Assembly (NCBI RefSeq): GCF_018977255.1
Contig: NW_024704743.1
Location: forward strand, 67,582,001 to 67,646,000
Source: Callorhinchus milii
Lineage: Eukaryota
Direction: 5' to 3'
DNA: 64,000 nucleotides
Part shown: positions 13,271 to 25,325 of the stretch, piece by piece
Layout: every line of letters begins with the position of its first letter
Numbering within the stretch: the stretch's first letter is position 1
The notes under the pieces: model-generated
Databases searched by the model: none
What the model saw: only the letters and a program-made list of their open reading frames with translations
What the model was told of the DNA's origin: nothing
Program-made: the position numbers and the translations under genes

Positions 13271-14209
13271 CGTGGTCCATTCCTATGTTTCTCTATTGCT
13301 ACAAAGGGACCCTAAAGGCTATTTTCAGTTCCTAAAATTCTTAAGCTATTCTTGTGTTCCTCGTCATTCCCAGGGTCAGTGAAGGCAACAATGGTTCTTG
13401 TCTACTCTGCACCAGAGTTCTTGTAAACCTCTCATGGCTACAATGGGGTAATTCAATCTTTCAAAGCAACCAACATCTGGATTGTTCAAGGTGGCAAATC
13501 CCCATTCAGCTGAAATTCCATTCATAGTCTTGCTAATTCAATGCACGGCATAATACAGAGGTACTGTTGAAGAGATAGGTCTTGAGACCAACAACAACAC
13601 ATTACATTTGTACAGCGTCTTTCACATCAGGAGGATGTTCCAAGGTGCTGGGCAGTCAAACAGACAGACCTTGAACGAGTTGAGGGAGGGAGTGAGAATA
13701 ATGCATGATTAGATTGAGAGATCCCATCAGAGGCCAATATTATCAATAGTGCTACAGGTAATATTGATCAGAATTTCAGCCCATATTTATTTTTCTCAGA
13801 GAGGTGTTGTGCTGAACTGAATGCTTCTCATTGTCTAAATTAAAGCTGTGATCATTTCCAGAATTAGAGAGTGGGTTTTAGGCTGCATTTAATGCAGTGC
13901 ATCTTAGCCAAATAAATGTTTTTTTTTCCCCTCTTTCATTTTCTTTCACCAGGATATTCAAGACAAATAACAGCAGACTGGCTGGCTGATTAGTAAGTAT
14001 CTTTTGATGAGTTACCTTCTTATATCATGGTCTACATCATTATCTTTATAAGTGTATACATGTGCTTTCTGCTACTGATTCTGCTTTATCTTTTATTTCA
14101 TTTGGCATTGGTTATGGAACCCTATCTGAAAGAATGGGCTTTGAAATCTCAGGGTTCCAGCAAGAGGGACAAAAGAGGGGACCAGTTATCTTGTTATACA
14201 ATATAAAAA

Positions 14210-14560
14210 ATGGCTCAGTTGGTAGTACTCTCGTCTCTGAGTCAGAGGTTGTGGGGTTCAAGCCCACACTGCCACTTGAATAAATTTAGCTGCGGTGGGC
14301 TAAATTGTAGGAGGTGCTGTCCTTCAAATAAGATGTTAAACTGAGACCCTGTCTGCCTGTTCAGACATTAAAGATCCCAAAGAGAAGGAAATTTCTCCCT
14401 GGTGCTCTGGAAAACAAAAATTCCCATGACAAAAACTGTTTGTCGGACATTGCTGTTGGCAAATTGGCTGCCTTGTTCACCAACAAAATACACACAATCT
14501 ACAGTTTACAGTAAATCCTATGAAGGTCTTTTGAAGGCAATATATCAAATGCCAGGTTTA
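14210..14560 (+). mobile_element. Deu-domain tRNA-SINE, near full length
   Basis: Head tggctcagttggtagtactctcgtctctgagtcagaggttgtggggttcaagccc, Deu core, 3' body aattggctgcc...tatatcaaatgcc. Confidence 0.8.
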
Positions 14561-17500
14561 GTTTTTTTTCTATTTGAAGTGCCTTGAGAGCCAATAGTGA
14601 CATTTGCTCTGTATTGTAGGGCTTCTATTAAAAACTTGGCATAAAAGCCAGTTCTGGCACTCAAGCTTGTGGGCTGTGCATTTGCTTGTATGAACACGGG
14701 TGTCAAGCTGTTTAGGTGGGTCACAAAAATCTTTCACAAGCAATTATTCACAAATGCCTGAAATCACTGAACCTTGAGTCAGGTCTCATGTCACAATTTG
14801 ATCCCATTGCTGTGTCATCATTATTCTTTGCTTACTGAGCCCAAGTGTGCGGTCCACTGATCCACACTGCACAATTTGTTACCTGAAACTGCTAGAGTGC
14901 AGGCGCAATGCCAGGAGCAAGGACTGACACAGTGTCACTTCTTGTTTGGTTATGCAAATACAGTAGACAGCAATAATAAGTGTTGATAGAGACATTTTTT
15001 CATTTACAATAAACTAATGTATTAATTCACAGTAAATCACGCTTCAGGTTGAAAACATTATCACTATGAGGCACAGATGCACTCAACACACTTGAGTTCC
15101 AATTAAATTCAAGGTTAATGAAGCTGAAAGGAAGTATCACTTTATGTTGGTTTTCATAAGTGAAAGACCCTCTTTTCATGGATATCATTTGGATGCATCA
15201 TTTGCTGAAGCTAGCATGCACTGGTCATCAAAGTCACACAGCACAAAAAGAACAAGCTGGTGTGGCTTGTTTTCTCACAAAACATCTCTGAAAGACAATA
15301 AGGAGTGCTGGGTTTTACCACAGCAGGCACTACGTGGCACAACTCAAGAGTCAGAAATAGCAATGATGAGCTAAAAAATTTTCCTGATACACATGTGCCC
15401 ATCAAGTTCACAATTGTTTGAAAAAATCGGATCTATTACATTGTTAAAATTGTAAAAGAGCAACATCATTACAATGAAGTGTAGTTATGAATGTTGTTCA
15501 GAATCTAAATGGCCATTAGTCACAGCAGTCCCCAGCAGAAAGTTTGAATAGTGGGACAATGTTGACCAAATTAACCATCCCAATGCAGAGCTCTTAGTGA
15601 GCATATTATGGGTCTTACAATACTCTGTTAGCTGAGCATTGCTCTGATATTGATTTTACTACATAGAACCAGGTTTGAGATTAAAAAGGTCTGCGCCTCA
15701 TTAAATTACCATGAGCCACAAAATCACAGCAACCAAGACGAAAGCTGAAGACAAACAGCATTAAATGCTGTGCATAAAATCTACACTGGGGCAAAATTGT
15801 AACGAATGAAATGATTGCACCTTTACATTTACTAACAATACCATATTTTAGAGCCTGCAAATAGATGAAATGAAAGTCTCGCCTGCCAATTCCCAAGTAA
15901 ACTGACTTGCGGCAGTCTGATCCAATCTATTGGATAGTTAAGGTTCAGAGAATTTAGACATTTGTTGGAAATGCTACACTGATGCAGGTTGGTATTATGT
16001 AAGGCGATGGGTGCAGTGCAGATGATGTTTGATCTTGCTTTTTAACTTGTTCTATACCTGGCACAAGAGTGTTCAACGTTGCCACTGGGTATAATGGGGA
16101 GAAGTTGCTTCAATCCTTGGGACTGGTACCCAACTGCAATGAGAGGCTCTACTCCCAAGCTGTGGGGCATTGTATGTTCAGACTGTATTGTGAAGCTTCA
16201 GAAACAAAAAAAAATCCTTGCATTTTATATAGCATCTTTTATGCCTAAGTGAATGCCTCAAAGCGTCTCACAGGAATTATTTTGAAGTGTGGTGGCTGTG
16301 TATTTTGTGTGGAAGAAGGCTCCATTGCGCCTAGAAAATGCAAAAGGTACCACAGCGTAAGGTATTCATTAAATAATTCATAATATCTTTAAAAATTTAA
16401 TTTATTAGGGCTGCCGTAGTTGTGCAGGGAAATTGTGAAGTTATGCAAGCACTTTCTGATGAGGAGAAAGTGATAAATCAGAATGACTCATCACAAGCAG
16501 TCAAAGGCCCAAGGTTGTTGAATGGAAACTATTCTCTGCTGAAAGTGATGTAGTTCTATTGTGATAGTTTTACCCAGCGCAGTTATCTCCTTGAAAGGAA
16601 ATGAGAAAATACTATTATTCCTAAACTGTTACCTAAAAGGACCATTGTGGTTTAACAAGTCTATCCCTTAATGATAGATCTTAATCCACACACCCCACTC
16701 TATCCAGAGACACATCTGATTGGCCCAGTCTGTCTCCAAAGACACATCTGGTTGCCTCAATCCATCCTCTCTCCAGAAATGTATCTTGTTCTCTCTTGAA
16801 CCCATTTAACACTTAGCTTCAGTGACCTTACCTGACAGTTTGCAAATATTGCATAGAACCTGGTCCTTTTCTAGATACTATTTACTTTGGAAGAAGGCTC
16901 AATTTGATATAGAAGAACAATACCAATAGTGGCATATAAAGAGCCTGAGGATTTATTCCAGACTGGGGATGGAGTTTAATACCAAGAGCTTAAAAAAGTA
17001 AAAAAAACCTGAAAATTGACAAATATTTTGAAGTTAAAGAGGTCAGGAATAATCACACCTAAATGAAGACTACCTTGACATCAACTAAACCTTTTTGTGT
17101 TTTTCAACAAAAGGACCGCTTTAAAATTACCAGCTAAAAAGGGTTTGATATTGTTCATCAGAACGTAATTTAAAAATGAATTACGATACTGTGAGAGACT
17201 ATAAAAAGATCAAAAGAGACTGTAAATCTGCACAATTCTGCATTCACCATATTGTCAGCCTGATATGAGTAGCAGTTTAGGAATATTAGCATCTTCTCAG
17301 TTCCTTTTGAGGAGATAGCTGCGCTGGATAAAACTATCACACTAGCTTGCCCAGAACTGACTGGTAGTATGGTGATAGGTCCGCTCTGAGCAAGAAGACA
17401 GATTAGATTGTATTTCAGCCTGTCTTAATGTCTCTTTTATCCAGTGCAACCAATCTGTCTTTCTAAAATTGAGCAATATTGTATGATGGAAAGAGGAACT

Positions 17501-17644
17501 GAGAAGAGAAGAAGAGAAACGAGCAGCTTACTGGAGTTTGGGCATAATAAAACATTTTCGTCAGGGGCAAAAAAGGAAATGGAGAGAATTTTGGCAAGAT
17601 TTATAAAAAAAGTAACATGCGGGGCAATTAGGATGTGGACACAG

Positions 17645-20561
17645 ACCCGGGGAGCCAACCTCTCCTCCCTCATCCCCATTCCCCCCACCCTGCCTCACAA
17701 CCTGGACCCCCTCCCTCCCCACACACCCTTCTGTCAACCGCTCCCTCCACATCTGACTACGAAACGTCCGCTTCCTCTGTAACAAGGCCCTGGTCATCAA
17801 CGATCTCATCCTTGATGAGAGCGTTGACATCATGGCCTTAACGGAAACCTGGCTCACCCCAGGCGACACCTTCCCCCTCACGGAGGCCACACCACCTGGC
17901 TACATCTCCCACCACATCCCTCGCCCCAACCGCCGTAGCGGTGGTGTAGCCCTTATCTCAAGGACACCACTTGCCCTATCCCCCTACTCCACTGGCTCTT
18001 TCGCCTCTTTCGAGCACCTCACCCTCTCCCACCCCTCCTTCCTCTCACTCAAAATCCTCCTCCTCTACCGGCCCCCTAAAACCTCTCCCATCTTCATCTC
18101 CGATATTTCGACACTTCTTACATCTCTCTGCCTCTGCTCTGAGCGCCTCATCATCCTGGGCGACTTCAACCTGCACTTCACCACCTCCTGCTCCATCTCC
18201 TCGGACTTCTCCTCCCTGCTCTCCTCGCTCAACCTCTCCCTCCACATCAACTCCCCCACTCAGTCACGGCCACCCACTCGACTTGGTGATCACCCGGGGC
18301 CTCAGTGTCTCGGATGTCACCATTACCGACAAGGCCGTCTCTGATCACCACTTCATCTCCTTCACCACCTCCACCCCACTCCCCACCTCCACCAGACCCA
18401 CCACCATCTTCTACCGCCCCTGGAATCCCTAACCGCTGCCTTGGAGTCCTCTGAACTCCTCTCCCTCTGGCCTTCAACCCTCACTGACCCCTCTTCTCCT
18501 CTCACCCTCCTCCACAACACCCTCTCCTCCACACTCTTGCCCCCATCACATCCCGTCCTGTCTCCTACTCTCGCGCTCATCCCCCTGGTTCACCACCCAC
18601 CTCCGCTCACTGAAGAGCCAGGTGCGGGCCGCTGAACGCACCTGCGTCAAATCTGGCCTAATGGTCCACTGACAAACCTGGCTGGACCGCCTCAAAATCT
18701 ACCGCTCCACTCTAGCTTCGGCCAAGTCATCCTTCTACTCCAGGATAATCCTGGAGGCGAAGAACAACCCCAGAGTCCCACACTCCGATTCCTACCCATC
18801 CTCCCCTACACACCTTCGTACCCGTTTCCCCACCCTCTGTCACCAAACTCATCCTATCCCTGAAACCCACCACCTGCTCTCTTGACCCCATCCCCACTCC
18901 ATTCCTTATCTCTCATTTCCACCTCCTTGCCCCACATATCACAGACATCATCAACCTGTCCCTCTCCTCTGGCTCTGTTCCCATTCCCCTAAAAACTGCC
19001 ACCATCACTCCCACTTTGAAAAAACCCTCCCTTGATGCGTCGCAGCTATCAAGCTACCGGCCCATCTCCAACCTCACCTTCCTGTCCAAGGTCCTTGAAA
19101 GAGTTGTCGCCGCCCAGCTGCGCTCTTTCCTCTCCACCCATTCATTATTCGAACCCCTTCAGTCGGGTTTCTGTGCTGCCCATAGCACAGAAACCGCCCT
19201 GGTCAAGGTCACCAATGACATCCTGACCATCTGCGACCAGGGCTCCCTCTGCCTCCTCGTCCTCCTTGACCTATCGGCAGCATTCGATACGATCGACCAC
19301 ACTATCCTCCTCCACCGCTTGTCCTCCCACCTCAACCTTCAAGGCCCTGTCCTTGAGTGGTTTAGGTCGTACCTCTCCCACCGTCTTCATTTGTTTCCAT
19401 TAACGGCTTTCCCTCCAGCCCCCGCACTGTCTCGTGCGGTGTCCCTCAGGTCTCTGTCCTCGGTCCCCTCCTCTTCACCCTCTATATGCTCCCCCTTTGG
19501 TGACATCATCCGCAGACATGGGGTTAACTTCCACATGTATGGGGATGACACCCAACTCTACCTTTCCTCCTCTACCCTCAACTCCACGACCACCGATGTC
19601 CTGACAGCTGCCTGTCCGACATCGAGTCCTGGACGAGAGACAACTTTCTTCAGCTCAACGTGCATAAAACTGAGGCCCTCCTGATTGGCTCGCGTCAGCG
19701 CCTCCGCACCTCAGGCGCTGACAGCATCAGCATCCAAGGCTGCACTCTCCACCTCTCAAAGCAGTCAGGAGCCTCGGGGTTCTGTTCGACCCTGAGCTGT
19801 CCTTTCTCCCTCACATCCGCACCACAACTGGCACCGCCTTCCATCACCTCCGGAACATCGCCAGACTACGGCACTACCTCACCCCTCACGCTGCTGAAAC
19901 ACTGGTCCACGCCTTTATCACCTCAAGGCTGGACTATGGGAACTCTCTCCTCGCCGGCCTTCCCGGCACCTCCCTCCACAAGCTGCAGGTCATTCAGAAC
20001 TCTGCAGCTCGTGTACTGTCCCGCACCAGGCTTCGCGGCCACATCACTCCCACCCTCGCTCGCCTCCACTGGCTTCCCATCCCCCAGAGGATCGAATTCA
20101 AGATCCTCATCCTCACCTACAAGGCCACCTACAGTGGAGTCCTGCAGCTCAGTGGTTAGAGCACTCGCTTTGCAAGTGAGAGACCTGAGTTCAATTCCAG
20201 GCAGAGGGCGAAACCTTGCGCAAGTTTCCTTACTCCACACAGAGCCTAATAATAATCCCTCCAAAACCAAAAACAATAATAAATTGGTCATTTTTAATCT
20301 ACGACTGTTTGTGGGACATTGCTGTGCGCAATTGGCTGCCGCGTTCGCCCACAAATATACAGTCAATTCACTTTACAGTGTGTTCTGTGAAGCGCTTTGG
20401 GACGTCCTCCCGACGTGAAAAGCGCTATATCAAATGCAAGGATTATTATTATTATTATTATTTCCCCCCTGCTCGGGTCCTGATCCAACTGTACAGCGCC
20501 TTGGGACGTCCTCCCGACGTGAAAGGCGCTCTATAAATGGAATCTTGTTGTTGTTGTTGTT
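17645..20561 (+). mobile_element. L2 (CR1-group) LINE with nearly complete but frameshifted ORF2 (APE endonuclease + RT), SINE insertion at 20134-20461, (GTT)n tail
   Basis: APE motifs MALTETWL, SGGVAL, LYRPPK, LGDFN, HGHPLDLVIT, SDHH. RT motifs YRPISNLTFLSKVLE, QSGF..HSTETAL, LLDLSAAFDTIDH, MYGDDTQLY. Split over several ORFs by frameshifts and stops. Ends ctataaatggaatcttgttgttgttg. Confidence 0.95.
20134..20461 (+). mobile_element. Young tRNA-Ala-derived SINE inserted in L2
   Basis: Full head (A and B boxes), body, stem-loop agcgctttgggacgtcctcccgacgtgaaaagcgct, (ATT)n tail. Confidence 0.93.
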
Positions 20562-20719
20562 GTGTTGAATCCTCATGCTTTCCATGCAGAATGTGGTGGT
20601 TATGTCCCAATGCCTGGAAGTCAGCCAATTTTTAGTGTGTGGAAAGCCACAATGCTTGCCATTAGATTGTCACAAACCTAGTTCGTGAATGCTGCCCGTG
20701 TCCAGCAAGTAATGCTGGC

Positions 20720-21092
20720 CGTGAGATGATGCAGTATTCCAGGGCACTGCTGATGGCAGCACATCCAGCAGGCTCATTGGCAGGAGCTGGAAGGGCAGAC
20801 CAACTGTCAACCCAATGGGTTCCTGTTAACCCTGTGAGCCAAAGCCCTGTTGGGTAGGTTGGTCTTAGCTGGACAAACAGCGGGAAAGCTTGCCAGACAG
20901 CAATATCAATGGCAAGCTATGTGGTTTTAGCTGGTTAGACTCCAGCAGTACCCCAACACACACTGTGAGATCCCAAGTCTTAGCTCTTGCCAACCTGCAC
21001 CTAATACTTTCCAGATTTCCATGTGGAATTCTCAGCTTGGTTTGGATACTTTTAAGCATGATTATGGGTTTGTGCATGTGTCAGACACTTGG
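20720..21092 (+). mobile_element. Unclassified repeat family copy
   Basis: gcagtattccagggcactgctgatggcagc...ttagctcttgccaacctg...gcatgtgtcagacacttg aligns by eye to 23370-23835. Confidence 0.75.
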
Positions 21093-21440
21093 AAACTCCC
21101 CTCAAAAATCATCCTTTTTTCATTAATTTAGTCCTGTCTACATTGTGATTCAGATGGACGTGAAGGGGATTCCACCACCTTGCTATTTCAAAGAAAGATA
21201 GAATTTACCCATGTTTTCCTGGCTTACATTCCCTCCTCATCCAAACTTAACTTAACCAAAACTTTTAAAATTACTTACTCATCTCATTATTATTCATAGG
21301 ATGTGCCAGGTTCAAATTAGTTGCTGTTTTTGCCTCCAAAACAACATTTGTTTCATTTCTAATTATATTTCTATAAAGCACTTTACATTTTAAAGTGGGC
21401 CTTTTTACCTTGTGGAATACAAGTCCTTTACGATGGCCAA

Positions 21441-21680
21441 AATAATAATAATAATCCTTGCATTTGATATAACTCCTTATCACTTCTTCAAGACGTCTCA
21501 AAACGCTTCACAGAAGATACTGTAAAGTGAATTGACTGTATATTATGTGGGTGAAACACGGCAGCCAATTGCGCGCATTCCCAAAAACAGTCATGGATTG
21601 AAGTGACCAATTTATTATTTTTTTTGGAAGGAATTATTATCCCTGGAAAACGATCCGCCAATCGACTAACATAGGACGGC
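21441..21680 (-). mobile_element. SINE (older subfamily) 3' two-thirds
   Basis: aataataatccttgcatttgatata...ggcagccaattgcgc...gattattatccctggaaaacgatccgccaatcgactaac. Confidence 0.85.
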
Positions 21681-21944
21681 ATAATCACCTTACTTCATTC
21701 TCCTACTCTTGGCATTACCTTTCTCTTCAGGTAAGGCAGAATAAGGAAAGGAAGTATATTAAGTAAACAAAAAATTAAACTATTAAAGCAATGGGAGACC
21801 TCAGAGACCCAAGAGTTCATGTAATAAAATCTTCAAAAGTGAGAGAGGAAGCTGAGAAAACTATAAAAATAGCTAGTTGGTCGTAGGTTATTATAATTAG
21901 ATTTGTAAGCTACAAAACTAAAAAGGCGATGCTAAATATTAGAA

Positions 21945-22220
21945 GGATGTCTCAAAGCTCTTCACAGGATTTAGTGTAGGTGAATGCAGCAGCCAATTTA
22001 AGCACAGCAGTGTCCCACAAACAGTCATGAAGTGAATGACCAAACTTATCTGGGGATTTTGGGCCAGGGATACAGGAAATTAAGAAATAAACTCCCTCCT
22101 CTTTTATTGAATAGTGCCATGGGGTCTTTAACGATCTTCTGAACAGGCAGATGGAACCTTGGTTTAACATCTCATCCACAGGATAGCACCCCCATTACTG
22201 CAATAGAGTGTCAGCTTAAT
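21945..22220 (-). mobile_element. Deu-domain SINE fragment
   Basis: gaatagtgccatggggtctttaacgatcttctgaacaggcagatggaaccttggtttaacatctcatcc. Confidence 0.78.
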
Positions 22221-22734
22221 GTATATACGTTCTAGGATGCACAGAACAGCATTTACCATTTCAAAATGCTTGAATAACCAGCTCTTCAATCACATTAAAA
22301 ATGATTTTTTGAACAAAGTATGAAAGGGCTTGTTTTGAATGGAGACCAAATGAATTCTCACTGTCTGCATTTATACTGCAGCAATGCAAATTAATTCCTA
22401 CCGAAACCACCTCCTCAAAGTCTCCAGTGAGATTTCCTTTCAGATTGTGAACCGTGAACAGGATTTATACAATGGTTTGAGCATTGATTCAGCACCATTT
22501 CTGCAACAAATTAATCAAAAATGGGAGTAAAATAGAGCATAAAACCACCTTCAGAAAACTTCAGACAGTTCGGCGCCAATCAGTCAGAGTCTCTAGTCTA
22601 GATTCTGCTTAGAAAAATGCTCCACTGTACCTCATCATCTTATCAATATTCTGCACATCCGAAAACCTATAGCTATGTGGTTAAGCAGTGCTGCAGAATC
22701 CTTTCCACAAATGGAGAATGAGAAACGTCTAGTA

Positions 22735-23848
22735 TTTCAGCACACAGGACGTATTGAGACTTCCAGCTGAAGACTAAGACCCAAGTGCAGGACAGCATCA
22801 AGGTTGAAAAAGAACAGGAGGGAAGATGAGATCATTCGTCCTGTAAAGGTCTTCCCACCACACTGAAGGCAGATGCCTGCCAGATAGCTGATGAGAAAAC
22901 TCTGAGGTTTGGGGTGACAGCTGCTGGAAGGAGATATCTGGAGTCCCAGTTTGTGAACATGTTTGTACGTCCAGCATCTGGAATCCACCTAGATTGGCCT
23001 CCAGAGAGGTAAACAGGTGCTGCTTAAACTCCAATTCCAATTTTCCAATTCCACAACTCCAATTGGTGGAACCATCGCTCAATGTGCCCGAGTTGTCGAC
23101 AGGAAGACGGTGGAAATGCTCCATTCATTTCATGCTGAAACGCGCTGCCCACCAGGAAGCTCGCAGCGAGTTCCGTGTACCTACCATCTGCTAGTGAGGG
23201 CTCAAACCTGTGCTTGTCTGATGTTAGAAAAAACTAGTGACTATCCTCCTTGGGAGGAAGGTAAGCAGGGTTACTTGCAGCTGAGCTGGCTCAAACGTGA
23301 TATGCTTGACAACGGAATGTTGGAATTGAGCCAGACCTCTCTGCGGTCTCAGTTTCTGAGCCAGTTGGGTCCGCAGTATTCCAGGGCACCGCTGATGACA
23401 GCACAGCACAGCACAGCCTGGCTGATTGGCAGGACCTGGAAGGGCACACCTATCACTGGAGACAGGGAGTCATCCCACTCAGCTCCAGTTAACCCTGCAA
23501 GCCAAAGCACTAACAGGTAGGGTGGTCCTAACTAGATAAGCAACAGAAAAGCTTACCAGACTGCAATATCAATTGTAAGCTATGAGGTTTTAGTTGGTTG
23601 GACTCCAGCAGTACACCAACACACACTCTGAGCTCCCCAAGCCTTCGCTCTTGCCAACCTGCTTTCCAGAATTAGGTGAGCAGGATGTGTCCCTCCAGGG
23701 AGAGAGAGAGCACATTCCATTCGAACAATCTTATCACTGGGATTTCCATGTGTAGGTGGGATACATGGAATTCTCTGCTTGGTTTGGTTACTCTTAAGCA
23801 TGATGATGTGTTTCCGGATGTTTCAGACACTTGACTGATCAAAAAAAC
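22735..23848 (+). mobile_element. Longest copy (about 1.1 kb) of an unclassified A-tailed repeat
   Basis: Inverted homolog at about 34126-34885 (shared translated segments such as HVHKL...PSSSC..K.QSFLISYL..ICLQ.G.TFT). Ends tttcagacacttgactgatcAAAAAAA. Confidence 0.75.
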
Positions 23849-24682
23849 ACGGAATCATGGTTTGGTGGCACCACGCTTTGGTTTTAGTCTTAGAGGTGTG
23901 GGAAAGAATGAATTGGAGGTGACTGTTTGATGAGTCTTGACTTCTTCTCTTAAACTACACAGTTTGGCAGATATGAATATTTGCATTTGATATGAAGCCT
24001 TACTATATTATTGAAACATCTGAAAGTGCTTCACAGAATTTGCCGTAAAGTGTAGTGACTGTGTATTTGTAGTGAATGCAGTTTTAGGTGCATTTGGTCA
24101 AGTAAAATTTACTAAACGCATTACACCTCCATGTTTCTAAGATCAGAGCACCACTGTGCACATACACAACAAAATATGTCTGGTAGATGATGCAGGGTTT
24201 ACATGCTTGTATGTATCATGGGCTTTGGCACTCCACGAACCAAAGGAATGCCTAGTATGAGCAGTGAGTCAATCCTGGCTGGTTTTGAGTGGGGCCTTGG
24301 TCATAAACAGCCCTTATGTGCTTTGACCTCTGGCTACAGACTTTAATGAGTCCTGTGTTACAAAATACACAGTATTCATCTGTGAAAACATCCCCGCTGT
24401 ACCTGCCTAGCTACATAGCTGTAGGATTTGCATAATTTAATGTGTTTCATTTTTCTGCCGAGCAGCTAAAAATAGTATCATTTCTGACCATAGCTGATTT
24501 CTAGTATCCGTGGGGAAGCAGGAGAGCGGATGAAAGGAGTTGGAAATTCCACCCAATCTTAGCCTGAAAGACTATTTGTCTTAAAATTTAAGATTGCTCA
24601 GAAGTGTAGAAAATTCTTCCATTCAGGCTTAATTTGAAAGCTGGTTTCTTTTCAAGAACTGTGGAAAACTAATTTCTAAATT

Positions 24683-24925
24683 AACAACAACGAATTACAT
24701 TTATATAGTGCCTTTTTCATCAGAAGGATGAATGAAGGTGCTGGACAGTCAAGGGTTTTCAGTCGAGCTGGGGGTTGGAATCAGGAGGGGTGGAGCGTGG
24801 GATGGGAAGGTGGCCCAAGGCACAGTCAAAGAGGAAGGTCTTGAGATGAGCCTTAAAGCAGGCTTAAAATGGGCCTTGAAGAAGGCAAAGGAAGGGTCTA
24901 GGCAGATGGATTCCGGGAGGAATTT
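24683..24925 (-). mobile_element. L2 3' end fragment
   Basis: aacaacaacgaattacatttatatagtgcc tail; FAFFKAHFK-type coding remnant in ORF 24749..24946. Confidence 0.75.
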
Positions 24926-25090
24926 TCCACTGTTTTGTTCCATCATAAATTATAAGGTAAGATGGGCTTGTAGTCTGAGACTCTATGGAATTCCATGCCG
25001 TTGGATGCAGCATAGTTCTCTGATCAGTGAACAACATGGAGAGCTCTTTGCAGGTACCAATGTCCTGTCATCCCATGACATAGCATGCTA

Positions 25091-25325
25091 CAGTTCTGAC
25101 ACGCAGTATGCAACCCAGGTATCTATCGGCAGAAGACTAATCCTATTTATATTTAAAACAACCCTGAGGTTATACTATAGGATTTATTAAATAAATAAAT
25201 AAATGCGCGCACTTGCGCGCGCACACGCGCACACACACACACCAACACACGCACACACACACACACACATACATACATAGTCTTCTGCCGATAGAACCTG
25301 GGTTGCATACTGTATGTCAGAGCTG
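25091..25325. mobile_element. MITE-like element with about 49-bp terminal inverted repeats, TA flanks (Tc1/mariner-like) and an internal (CG)/(CA)n microsatellite
   Basis: Left arm TA|cagttctgacacgcagtatgcaacccaggtatctatcggcagaagacta. Right arm tagtcttctgccgatagaacctgggttgcatactgtatgtcagagctg|TA. Confidence 0.75.

Noticed and set aside
15180..15600. Possible decayed hAT transposase fragment (YTCAHQVHNCLKK resembles CxAHxLNL)
   Set aside because: Only one weak motif amid multiple stops; cannot be supported without a profile search.
17645..20130. Autonomous active L2 element
   Set aside because: ORF2 is broken by several frameshifts and stops, has an apparent internal deletion near 18775, and has a SINE-associated 3' deletion.
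20134..20210. tRNA-Ala(TGC)-like sequence as a genuine tRNA gene (also at 3410-3487, 28139, 35450 and 55160)
   Set aside because: There is no proper acceptor stem, and it is always fused to the same SINE body and (ATT)n tail, so these are SINE heads.
23017..23520. 167-aa ORF as a nested host gene
   Set aside because: It lies within a multi-copy repeat, no equivalent long ORF appears in the homologous 34-kb copy, and it has no recognisable domain.
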